Shown here piece after piece: positions 22,972 through 34,310 of a stretch of DNA of 64,000 nt. Where the stretch lies: assembly GCA_053919585.1 (NCBI GenBank), contig CM132810.1; one strand, 5' to 3'. Below the pieces are notes generated by a model. The model had not been told where the DNA came from and made no database searches. It saw only the letters and a program-made list of their open reading frames with translations. A program made the translations under genes and the position numbers. This stretch comes from Euprymna scolopes (Eukaryota). How positions within the stretch are numbered: the stretch's first letter is position 1; the number at the start of each line of letters is the position of its first letter.

Positions 22972-23569
22972 GTCTGGGGTCATTCGTTTGGATCATTTTC
23001 GTTTGGATTTAGGTTGTAGGTATTCAGAGGATGAGAAGTGTTGTTGCCTGTCATTATAATAGGGAGGGTCTGTCTGGTTTTCTGTGTTTATGTCACAATA
23101 TATATATATATATATATATATATACACTAGCTGTACCCTGCCACGCATTGCTGTGGCTCAATTTGGTGTAATGGAAAATTCTAATAAAAAGAGAAAATGC
23201 ATGTTTCTTATATTCTTAGTACAGCAATCCACATCCACTCCAAAAAGTAAATAAAAAAAGGCGAAAATGAAAAAAAATGGTACTCTTGCAGAATTGGATC
23301 CTGATCCTCAGGATTATCGTCAATCATGGCTTGGGCTCGACCAACAATCAGTGGATAAAGCTGAACGTAGCAAAAATATTGAAATGCTAAATGTTTTTTT
23401 TTTTTGTTTTCTGTATACAAAAATGTGAGTTAGTAATTAATATTTGAGTGATGAGGGGGGGGGGGGGTTTACTATACACAGATTCGAAAAAGTTGTCCAA
23501 AAATAAATAAATGGAAGCAAAGGTAAGGTAAGTTATGTTTCTCCTAACTGGATAATTGTTTAGTGTTTT

Positions 23570-24200
23570 TATGTAATGTAAAATGTTTAATCGGCTGGAA
23601 AAACAGAAATGGTTGCAGACTCTGTTGAATACGTTAAGTTTCGGAAAGTAAGTTGAAAACTAAAAACTATACAATATAGTGTCAAAAACCCACCGAATAT
23701 ATGTTACCATGACATAGGCTGACATAATCAGTGGGTTTGTGACAGTATTTTGTATAGTTTTTTAGTTTTAACTCACTTTCTCAAATTTAACGTAAGCAAC
23801 AGTGTCCGCCACCATTTGTATCTTTCAAATACACAGATAAACACTGTTTTTCGAGCCGACTAAACGTTACATTAAATGAAAAGGGTTTGTATTACTAAAT
23901 ACAGATACAAAGAAGTTGTCAAAAAATAAATATATAACAAATAAATGTTATCAAAGGCAAGAAAAGTAAATGTTCTACCTAACTGGATAAGATTGTAGTG
24001 TTTTTATGTAATGTATAATGTTTAATCAGTTCAAAAACATGCAGTGTTTATCGGTATAGTTGAAAAATACAAATGGCGGCAGACAGTATCAAACACGTTA
24101 AGTTTGGGAAAATGAGTTTAAACTAAAAAACTATACAAAATACTGTTAGGAACTCACTCAATATATGTTACTGTGACGTAGGCTGACATATAATCAGTGA
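23570..24200. repeat. MITE-like ~310-bp inverted repeat (23570-23885) followed by a partial direct copy
   Basis: AACTAAAAACTATACAA pairs with TTGTATAGTTTTTTAGTT. The left arm is repeated at ~23980-24200. Confidence 0.65.
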
Positions 24201-24326
24201 TTTTAAACTTTTGCTCGATACAGGCGACGACTTTTAAGAGTCCCTTTTAGTGATTACCTGGTTTGAGGATATTATACAACCAAACGGCAAATCTGCCTCA
24301 AAAATCCGGTATTATTTTACTTTAAA

Positions 24327-25054
24327 GCCCGTCTCATGTTCGTATATAACGAAATATTTTATTGTAGATTTCAGTGTACTAAAAACGAATCTGCAAACCG
24401 TTTCCATCGCAAAAAGAAAGTTTTTATGATATGAAGAAATTACCTTTTCGAAAAGTGGGTGATCACTTTTCAATGTAAATTTAACTTAGAATAAGCACCC
24501 ACTTTCTGGCCACCTGAGAGAGGGGCATTTTTCTGTGTGTGGGGGTTGTTTTGGCAGCCGCAGCCGCCAAAACACCCCCCGCCCCTCCAACCAATTCAAA
24601 CAAGTAATTTTAAAGGATTTTCCAAGGGTAGAAAGAAAGCCCCCCCCCCAAAAAAAATCGTAGCCACAAAGTGGGTGATCATTTTACGTTAAATTATTAT
24701 GGAAAAATGATGCTTCACTTTTTTAAACTAACATTTTTTCATATCTTGAAACTACTCGTTTGCCTTAATTATAAACGTTATTTTCGTTTTCAGCGACCCT
24801 GAAAACCTATAAAAGTGGTAATTTTAAAGGAATTTTCGAGGGTGGAGTAAGTCTTCATATTTACCTTCTTTTTTTTCCCAATAACATAAGAAATTAAGAA
24901 TTAGACAAGCCAGCCAGGAAAGCTTTTAAAAATAAAAAATTAAGATAAACAAATGGTGCTAGTGCACTTACCGATCCTCGCTATTTTAAGTCTGCTGGTC
25001 GCTATGGAACTGAACGGCCACCCAAAAAAGTATTTTGACGAACGTGAGACGGGC
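24327..25054. mobile_element. Non-autonomous DNA transposon with 17-bp TIRs
   Basis: GCCCGTCTCATGTTCGT (24327-24343) and ACGAACGTGAGACGGGC (25038-25054), one mismatch. No clear TSD. Confidence 0.6.
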
Positions 25055-25298
25055 CATAATGGAAAATTTTATCAAAATTCCGGGATGATTTTTTTTTTTT
25101 TCAATAACATAAGAAATTAAGAATTAGACAAATTTATTTTAGGCAGGCTTCGCTAGGAAAGCTTTTAAAAATAAAAAATTAAGATAAACAAATGGTGCTA
25201 GTGTACTTACTGATCCGTGCTATTTTTTAAATCGTATTTCCAAGTTTAATTAAAGTTTTATGATATGTTTTTTTATTCAATTGTAAGGTTAAAGTAAA

Positions 25299-25362
<64 letters not shown>

Positions 25363-25570
25363 AAAAAGCTCGTGAAAGGCTCATTTCTACCGGAAATGAA
25401 ATGGCGGACACTCTCGCAGTTACGAAAAATATTTTTATTTTATTTAATATATTTTTTATAATTTGCGATATTAATTTATTTTAATAACATGTAAACATTC
25501 CTTGACTTTACAGATAAATTTTCTGAAAATTTCAATTAAATTGGTAACGTAGAAATATGGTTTTATTCAC

Positions 25571-25719
25571 NNNNNNNNNNNNNNNNNNNNNNNNNNNNNN
25601 NNNNNNNNNNNNNNNNNNNNNNNNNNNNNNNNNNNNNNNNNNNNNNNNNNNNNNNNNNNNNNNNNNNNNNNNNNNNNNNNNNNNNNNNNNNNNNNNNNNN
25701 NNNNNNNNNNNNNNNNNNN
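25571..25719. other. Assembly gap (149 N)
   Basis: Run of N. Confidence 1.
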
Positions 25720-25936
25720 TACATTGTTTTTTTTTCATATTTCTCAAAAAATATCAACTTAATTTGTATGAAATTTACACACAATCTTTGAAAAGATATT
25801 ATCTATCTCAAAATAAAAGAGAAATGAAAATATACTTAGTTGACAAATATTTATTAACAAAAAATCATATTACCCATATGCGAAAGTATTTAACACATTT
25901 ACTAATATTTAGTTGTATATCCTCTGTGAACTGTAG

Positions 25937-26060
25937 GACATCGCGGACATTAGCATGGCTGAGTTGCTCAGAATGGTGCAGAACCGGAGTCAATGGCGAC
26001 AATTCGTGAAGAGTGCCACGGTTGGTCATTACTGACCATTCCGTCAAAGAGGGAGAGAGA
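25937..26060 (+). mobile_element. Short 3' end of an RTE-type LINE
   Basis: DIADISMAELLRMVQNRSQWRQFVKSATVGH* resembles an RTE C-terminus and is followed by a GA-rich tail. Confidence 0.55.
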
Positions 26061-26089
26061 TCCTCTGTTCTACCTTACAGCCTCCAAAC

Positions 26090-26720
26090 GCTTTCCATAA
26101 CTGTCTACTACTTTCTTACAAGCACTTGCTGGTAGTTTCAGCCATTTCTTCTTCACAAACTTTTTTCAATTCCTTGATATTCTTGGGATCTCTTGTATGC
26201 ATGCTTAACTTCAAAGTTTTCCACAGATTTTCGATAGGATTTAGATCGCGTGACTGGTTAGGCAACTGTAGAAAACTAATCCGATTATCCTTAAACCATT
26301 TCCTATTTATTTTACCCTTGTGCTTGGGATTATTTTCCTGCTGGAAAATAAAATTAGGCTGCAATCCTAAATCTGCGGCACTCTTGAACAGATATGTTGA
26401 TAAAATCTTCATGTAGTTTGCTGCATTTATTTCCTTTCTATGATTTCCATTCCTTCTTCATTTGCAAAAAAGCAGTCCCAAATCATCACCTTTCCATCTT
26501 TTAATTTTACAGTGGAAATGGTATTTAGTTTCCTGTAACTCCTTTCCATCTTAATGTAAACAAAATTTTAAGTTGAATTTATGATGGTACAAACTTTGAT
26601 GATACAAATATCAAACATTGCCTTTTGTTTACTTGAATTTTTTGATTTGTCAGTATTGAAATGATGTCATTTCCATTGTTCATTTTAACTTTAATGTACA
26701 TTTATTTTCTTTAATTTTAT
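26090..26720 (-). mobile_element. Tc1 transposase remnant
   Basis: ORF 26116..26412 has FIFQQENNPKH and PNQSRDLNPIENLW. Confidence 0.85.
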
Positions 26721-26856
26721 TGTTGGATACATTTAGGATTTTTGCAAATGAAATGTTTTTTCAATCAATTCTTAATTAACCATGTTGCATGTTATTTAGC
26801 AGTCATCACATCTTTATTTCATTCACTTGTTTGCAGTTGGCACTTAATAGTATTTT

Positions 26857-26924
<68 letters not shown>

Positions 26925-26960
26925 GTTTTTTTTTCTTTTTTCATTATATTAATTTTTTAG

Positions 26961-27028
26961 TCCCCAGTACTTCCTATTTGCATATCTGGAAAGAAACCTT
27001 CAGAAAATCGACCAGAAAGTCCACTTGT
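26961..27028 (+). CDS. RASEF: RASEF linker exon (SPVLPICISGKKPSENRPESPL), phase 0-2
   Basis: ttttttAG acceptor and GTAAGT donor at 27029. Its phases bridge the exon ending at 10659 (0) and the exon at 28316 (2). The peptide is poorly conserved. Confidence 0.7.
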
Positions 27029-28315
27029 GTAAGTAAAATACAAACTATGTTTCATTATGTTTATGAAGTAGCAATTTATGAAGATAAATTCTGTTTATAC
27101 AAAAGTAAGTGTTGCAATGTCATTCACCTCATAAAAAGTCAAACTATAAAATATTTTTGATGTCAAATATCATTCTATGCCCCAACAACAATAATTATCC
27201 ATCATATTTATTCATAAAATAACTAATTCAGTTTTTTTTCATCCAACATTTTTGCTCAACAATAAATACATAGTAAAATGATAAACTTTTCAGCATTATT
27301 AAGTACAAAAAATACATTTGTATACATTAAAAGCGTTTTAAATTGAAAACTTAACATGATAGATCATTTTTTCAACAGAAATAATCTTAAAAATTGGGTA
27401 CAAATATTTGTAAAATCCGATCCTTTTGCCAATTTACTTTAAAAAATATGTGATTTATATGCATTTTCTAATAAAGAACATCGTCCACCTTCTTCTTCAA
27501 ATTACTTGGTTAAGTATATTTCATTTTAATCAAGGTAAGGACAACATTAGGTCTGCACTTATGTTTGAAATTTGTAAAAAGTTAAAGTGAAGTTTTACTT
27601 CAATTAATAACTTAAAAGTATGGAAATTAAGAAGCAAGAACAGAAATATTAAAGGGTTCAGGGATTGGAGCAAAAGTACTTGGGGTTCTTCATTGATTCT
27701 TAGGTGTGCCTCAAGCGTGGATGAAAGGTGTAAAGGCTAAAAATGAACTTAAATTTATTTCAGTTAATGTAATTTTACTTCCAGTTCTTTCACCCAATCA
27801 ATATTGAATACATCTTTGTGCCTCATTCCAAAAGTTGAAAATTATATTTTTTATGATTTGTCTCTAGTGTTCTAAGTGTTTAGCTGCATAGTTTAAGTAA
27901 TTTGTTTCTTTATTATTTTCTTTTGTCATAAGAAGAGTTATTCTGAAAAAATAAAATTATCTGTTTGAACCGTATGCAACTGCGATGAAAGAAGAGATTT
28001 TTTTTTAATCTCTGGCCTAACATCAACGAATAGTTCTAAAAAGGAAATAAACTTATCATTACAAGGGAGATAACTAAAAAATGACTAAGGGAGATAACTT
28101 ACAACATTACACCTATCATATGTAATTTTCACACATAAACTAAATACAAGTGTGGTTCTTTTAATAAAAGAACGATTGTTGTGTATCATTAAAGAAGAAA
28201 CAGCAATTTATTTTCTTATTACATATCTAAATTTATTGACTTTTCTATGTGTTGTATGTTATCTTTGAAAAATAGATTCTTGTTAAATCATTTTTATTAT
28301 TATTTCATGATAAAG

Positions 28316-28449
28316 TGGACAACCATGTCGAACTACAACTTCGCTGGCCGAAGAAGTCGTCATGGCAGAGGCACTAGCAAGAAAACCAAATCTTTTCCCC
28401 AGAGTTCGTAAAGGCAGTTATGAAGAGGGCAGCATTACTGAAGATATTG
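28316..28449 (+). CDS. RASEF: RASEF linker exon (V-GQPCRTTTSLAEEVVMAEALARKPNLFPRVRKGSYEEGSITEDI), phase 2-1
   Basis: GC-richer open island with a weaker aAG acceptor and GTAAGT donor at 28450. Joins in phase to DSGHST. Confidence 0.75.
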
Positions 28450-28672
28450 GTAAGTCAGACTTTATAAACCGAATATTTATACAAGAACAGTATTAAAGAA
28501 AATCTGCAAAGTCATTAAATTTTCAATGACAAAGATTAAAGTTATTGACTTTACTTAGATTGATGAAATGTTGTTAATTACTCTTATTTTTGTGATTGGC
28601 AAAATATAAATATATGATGTCAATTGTTACCGATAACTCAAGAAATCATCATCATCATCATCGGCATCGTCG

Positions 28673-28709
<37 letters not shown>

Positions 28710-28789
28710 TGTCATAATCATCATCATCATTGTTGTTTTCATTGCTGTCATCTATGGCTACGTATCACATTAGATTTCTTGAACATCTC

Positions 28790-29620
28790 ATTGTTCTGAT
28801 TTGGGGTTCCATTGCATGTAGTGACAGATCGAGGAAGCCAGTTTAAAAGGAAACTGTTCAAAGATCTACAATTATTGGATTCCATGATTATTGGATTCTA
28901 TAGAATCTGTACAGTGGCATGTTATCCTCAAAACAATAGGATTATTGAAAGGTTACACGAAACCCAAAAGACTGTGATCATGGCACCAAATCAGCATTGG
29001 CTGGATGGACTACTAATCGTATTATTTGGGATTAGAAATATACCCAATGACCAAAGTTTTTCCCAATCCACCGCAATTACAGGAACATAACTACTACCAA
29101 CAGAACTCATAATGAATTAAGAGAATCTGGATCTACATGGAGATGACATAAGAAAAATTGCCAAAGAAATGCAAAATTTGGACATGGCCCTACTTTTAGA
29201 AGGATAGAAACATACAACACAGAAAGTATTTATACCAGAAGATTTGAAGTCAACAACCTATGCATGGCTTCGAACAGACAGAATTCAAAAGTCACTAGAA
29301 ACTCCATAGTTGGAACCACATTGGGCCATCCCAAGACAAAGCGAACATTTCCAAATAGAAACACCATCTGGAGAGAAGCAAACAATCTCGATAGAAAAAC
29401 TGAAACCAGTTAAATTTAGTCGTTGCAACAATGATAGTAACACTGGTGACAAAAACAGCAAATGGAGAACAACAGATGACAATGAGGAGACGAGTCATCT
29501 CAAGCACAAAACCTACTGTCACATGCAGACATGTTCTAGGTTTGTAGGTCCTCTATAGTTTTGGCAAAGGTGTCCACAACATATTTAAGGATTTGATTCA
29601 TATTATAACTTGTCCTTGGG
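28790..29620 (+). mobile_element. Gypsy integrase remnant (CsRn1-like)
   Basis: Motifs FGVP.HVVTDRGSQF, YPQNNRIIERLH, VLFGIR and ISIEKLKP. Confidence 0.8.
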
Positions 29621-29739
29621 GAAGCATCGATGCAGACTGTGCATCTACCGACTCTTGGTGGTGGTGGTGGTGGTGGTGGTGGTGGTAGTGGTAACATTAT
29701 GAACCTATTTGTGATTTAAAAATCGAACTATTTACATAT

Positions 29740-30650
29740 TCATATACACAAGCATTTTTAACTATCGCTATAACTGGGGTTATTTCAATGCATGAATTTG
29801 TGGCACACGAGTTTCTTTCCCATGCCTATTTTACTAGCTGTTGCCATCAGTTCATGTACGTATGTTGACGGTTTTTCTCCACCATAGTTGATAATAAGTC
29901 TGTCGAACAACATGGACTTTGATTGTTCACGTATATTTATCACAGCCTCTCTCAGTTCTGTGTAGCTCTTAGCGGTAATGAAAGTCCAAAGGAAGATTCA
30001 AAAGAACATAAAATTTTGTAGCCTCATTGGATATGTTCCTGAACTTTAGCCTCACATATGGCAAACCACACGTCAACAGTAGCATACATAAACCCTGAGA
30101 TTTTTAACAACACCAATGACACAGTATCATCCATTGTAGACTTTGGAAGTTTAAACGTTAATGGTTAGCAGAAATATTTTAGAAATTTTATTTGTTAATC
30201 TAAATATTCTTTTTAGTTAAGAACTTTTATTTTAAATAAAAAAACAATTTTTTTGTCATTATTTTCAGTGAAAATGGAAAATTTTCCTTTTGCTCTCTTT
30301 TGGAGAAAAGTGTCTTCTTTTTAGAAGAAAAGCGTTTTCATAATTAACTTTATGTTTATTCCTACTTCGGACACCCTGGAAACAGATTGTTTTTTTTTTG
30401 GAAAGGCAGAGTCCAAAACGTTGGAAGGTCACCATTTATGGCCATGTTTTATGCGTTAGAACATGCAATATAAACTCCTTGTAATTATTAAATCAAGACA
30501 AACAAGGAACATTTAAATCTTGAGATAACTTTTATACACAATGGAATCTTAGTTTGAATGTGAATGTTCAAAAGTTTGGTTTTATGCGTCAGAAGTAATA
30601 TGCTTGGAAGGAAAAAGAAAGGAGGGAATTGAAATACAAATGTTTATTAT
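29740..30650 (-). mobile_element. Gypsy gag remnant with candidate PBS TGGTGACC and upstream LTR-like segment
   Basis: Minus strand reads SYTELREAVINIREQSKSMLFDRLI...GEKPSTYVHEL. TGGTGACC lies at ~30427-30434 on the minus strand. Confidence 0.5.
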
Positions 30651-31254
30651 ATCCTCAACCTTAACAAGCCATACATCATCACACTGTACATACTCTGCTG
30701 ATTAATAAGAATATGGCAAAAGATTCCTCAACTTCTAACTCTTGCAATCACACCAAATACATTTTCTTCACATTTAAATTCTTATCAGTCTCCATTGTCT
30801 TACACTTCTTGCACACAAACTGTTTATCATCTCTCAACTTACCTGTAATTTCACTTCACTTCTTGCATATCCAATGCTTACAAGTACTACAAAAATGGAC
30901 TTTTTCTTAAACTGAGGAGAGGAATTTTCCTTGTTCTGCAAACTTTACAACATTAAAACCACTCATCATCACTTTGCTTTCAGTAACATTCATTCTAAGA
31001 CCTTTACTTCCCAAGGCTTTCCTCCAAATATACAGAACATGATTAGAATTTCAATAATAAGGCTCTATAGAAGAAATTAAACCAATGTATTTGTGAAAAC
31101 AAATTCATTTTGTCATTTCAGAACAGTCTCATTAATTTTGATTTATGTAAATCTTCATGAATAAAAAAAACACAAGTTCTAATAAGTATTCGAAATAATG
31201 TCAAAACTTATTACAATTTTGACATTTTGAGAATTATTAATGTTTTTCTTGTAG

Positions 31255-31373
31255 ATAGTGGCCATTCAACTATTCGAGACACATGCGATGTGGATACTGA
31301 GTCTGAGGGTGCAAGTCCAAATTGTGATCTGAGAAAGGGGCGCCGACACAAACGAGCTCGTCCAACATATGAT
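31255..31373 (+). CDS. RASEF: RASEF exon (D-SGHSTIRDTCDVDTESEG...RPTYD), phase 1-0
   Basis: ttcttgtAG acceptor and GTAAGA donor. DSGHSTIRD resembles the DSGLSTLRD motif of RASEF. Confidence 0.88.
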
Positions 31374-31577
31374 GTAAGACTATAACTTTGGCAAGAAAAG
31401 ATCAGCTTCATTTAAAGCTATGAACTTGTTTTCCAATTTTTAAAGTTTATTTGCATAAATTATTTAAAACTCTTTTTACTATTGGTTTATTATCTAAACT
31501 TTGTTCCATATTTGTAACATATTACTTTCAGAAATCATAGTTGTTACATTGAAAAATACATTTGTATTTATTTGCAG

Positions 31578-31805
31578 GAACAAGATTCCCATGACGAAAT
31601 GGACACAGAAACAGACATTCAGGTTGATGATCAAGATGCTGACTTATTCAAAGTTGCCAACCATTATCCTGGTTCGGTTGGAAGTTATGGATCGAACCGT
31701 AGTTTACGCAGCCTCGGTAGAGATAATAACAATGAATTTTCAAATCCAAATCAACTCCAGGCACCTTTACGGACAAATCGCAGAGGAATTAATAATCAGC
31801 AAGAA
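31578..31805 (+). CDS. RASEF: RASEF exon (EQDSHDEMDTETD...GINNQQE), phase 0-0
   Basis: tttgcAG acceptor and GTTAGC donor. 76 codons inside ORF 31572..31835. Confidence 0.8.
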
Positions 31806-32419
31806 GTTAGCATTCTTGTTTTTTGTTTTTCTTAAGATTTTGACAGCATTTTTATGTGTGTCACCTGATTAACTTAGAAATATGAAACTCTATGGAATGC
31901 CTAAAATACCTCAGAAATTACATTTTTTTTTTCAACTCATTCTTAAAAGTTGGATCAGGGAATTCCAAAGATTAAGTAGGTTTGTAATTGCCATTATTCA
32001 AAAGAAGAAGAAAATATTGTAATATTTTGTGCATGTCACAAAGTTTTGAAAAAGATCTCTTAGAAAAGAGAAAGTTTCACTGCTCAGTTTGCAGAAAAGG
32101 AGTCAGGTGCAACTTGACAACTATTGACTGTTAATGCCATCTCAGTCATTTCTGTATTAAATTTATTCAACAGATATTTTAAGCACATTTACTGGAGATC
32201 ATGAAACCTAATTCTGTAAATTTAACTTTTATTTATACACCCACACACACCTGGTATCTGGTATACTATTTACCATTGGGTTGAGCTGGATTTCCTCCAA
32301 AGAGTAAGTTGCTAGGGAATTACATTCACAAACAGCTCTCAATTGCATGTAAGTCTCAGTCAGGAGAGATGATAACATTGTTTTTTTGCATTGTTTTGGA
32401 GGGAGTTGTCACCCTCCTT

Positions 32420-32536
32420 CCATATACAATTCTTGGTATTCTGAAATGGTCACACATCTGGTACTGACCTGGCTACACATTGCATAATTTTGGTAATCTA
32501 ACTAGAACTGATGTAGCATTGCGAGTATGGCATACT
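32420..32536 (-). mobile_element. 5S-derived SINE head, degenerate
   Basis: GGTCACACATCTGGTACTGACCTGGCT...GGTAATCTAACTAGAACTGATG...GTATGGCATAC is reverse-complement 5S-like sequence. Confidence 0.55.
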
Positions 32537-32593
32537 TATGAATAAAATAATGTTTTATTAATATTAAATGTACTTCGATGAATTTCTTTGTAG

Positions 32594-32732
32594 GCGTTGA
32601 ACACAAAGATAACAAAGGAGCCAGAACGAATGTACAAAGTAGTATTGGCTGGTGATGCAGCAGTTGGCAAATCAAGTTTCATTATGAGGTTGTGTAAAGG
32701 GAAATTTGTCAATAATTTAAGTTCAACATTAG
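32594..32732 (+). CDS. RASEF: RASEF Rab domain exon with G1 P-loop ([34 protein letters not shown]), phase 0-1
   Basis: tgtAG acceptor and GTAAGT donor. The GDAAVGKS P-loop is typical of RASEF/Rab45. Confidence 0.95.
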
Positions 32733-32974
32733 GTAAGTCTATCAACATTATAAGGCATTTTCTCATTTCGGCATTAATGAGTTGAAGGTAAATCATTTCT
32801 GTTTGTTTTTTAAGTACAAAATTTGCAAAGATTTATATACAATCAAGAAATAAATTGTGTGATACTTGAGATAGAGCAATTCTGAATATGGTTTCATTGA
32901 CAAATCCAAAAATTATCAAATGACTTGTTATAAATACAACCATAAAGGAGCCTTTAATATTTTGAAACACAAAA

Positions 32975-33038
<64 letters not shown>

Positions 33039-34310
33039 GGAAATTGCTGGAGACAAGGTATGAAGCCACTTGATGTAAGGAGCTAACAAGAATGAAAAAT
33101 GACTGTTGTAAAGACAAGAGATGTCTATTGTCCTTAGTCTTGAAAAGAACAAAGCTGTAGGTAAAAGGAAAAGCATGAACAGGAAAGGAGTTTCACAACC
33201 TTGCAATCCTTGAAAAGAAGCTACTGGAATAGGAAGCTGTATTACAATAAGGTATTAAAACATTTTTATGTCATTGATATTTTTCTGCTATTTGATATGA
33301 ATTAAAAAAATCCAACATAATCATCTGTTAAACTGTTATGTTGACTTAAAAATGTACAAGTTTTATGGAAAAAAATACATTCATAATAAGATAATTTTAA
33401 TAAATAGAAGGTCAATCAGTCTATGAATAATTACATGCGATAACTCGAAAAAGAAGTTGGAACATGGAAATGGATAGAAATGAAGAAGTTAAACAGTTTT
33501 TCTTTTCTGCATTGCAACTTCTGCTGTTGTTCTTGGAGTAGAAAATAAATGTACATCAGGAACATTAAATCTACATCACTTTTTTTTTTTTACTCGTGTT
33601 CACCCCTTACAAAGCATATCGCCACTTGGATGTAAGGGGCTATTATTTGGGGCCATGTCTAGGAAAGATTAACAAGCGAAGGGGAGATAGAGTAAGTCAA
33701 TCCAGTTCATGGAGAGGGAAAGCGTATTAAGTGTGCTTGCGCTTGCCCCACATTACAGTAGCAGGGAAAATGACGTTAGAACATGCGGTCAGTTTGTCGA
33801 CTAAGCAGGTCGAACGCTGGTCCAGATGCAAAAAAAGGGGAAGTTGACAGGTTTTGTTGACTTTTATACTGGGGTCAGTGTTCTGACTGCGCATGCCTGG
33901 CTTTCTCTTTAAAGGAAGTGACGTTTCGCATGTGTGTGTACTTGTGCGCGTATGTGTGCTTATATGTGTGTACGTTAGCGTGTGTGTGTGTGCACATGAA
34001 TGTGAGTTTATATGAGGCTGTGTATATGCGTGCGTGTGTGTGTGCGTATGTGCTTGTGTATATGTAAGGGAAAACATGTTCGAACAAGAGGTACAGGAAA
34101 CTCTCAGGTGGAAGTAGTCTTCTAGCTCAGTAGAGGGAACCCACCTTTTTTGCAGCAGCCTTTGCAATATCCTCTATGTATTTGTTCACATTAATATTGC
34201 CCACAAATGTTAGGCTGAGGAGTTTGAAGGTAGGGTTTTATTTTTCATCGATATAGGTGGTTGAAGAGGCATCTTGTAATTGTTAAAGGAGAGCAGCTTA
34301 GATTTACTAG

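Noticed and set aside
25937-26035. Extra RASEF exon after ctgtAG
   Set aside because: The frame ends in a stop, the peptide resembles an RTE C-terminus, and there is no convincing donor.
28596-28799. Poly-His ORF
   Set aside because: It is the translation of a (CAT)n microsatellite in an intron.
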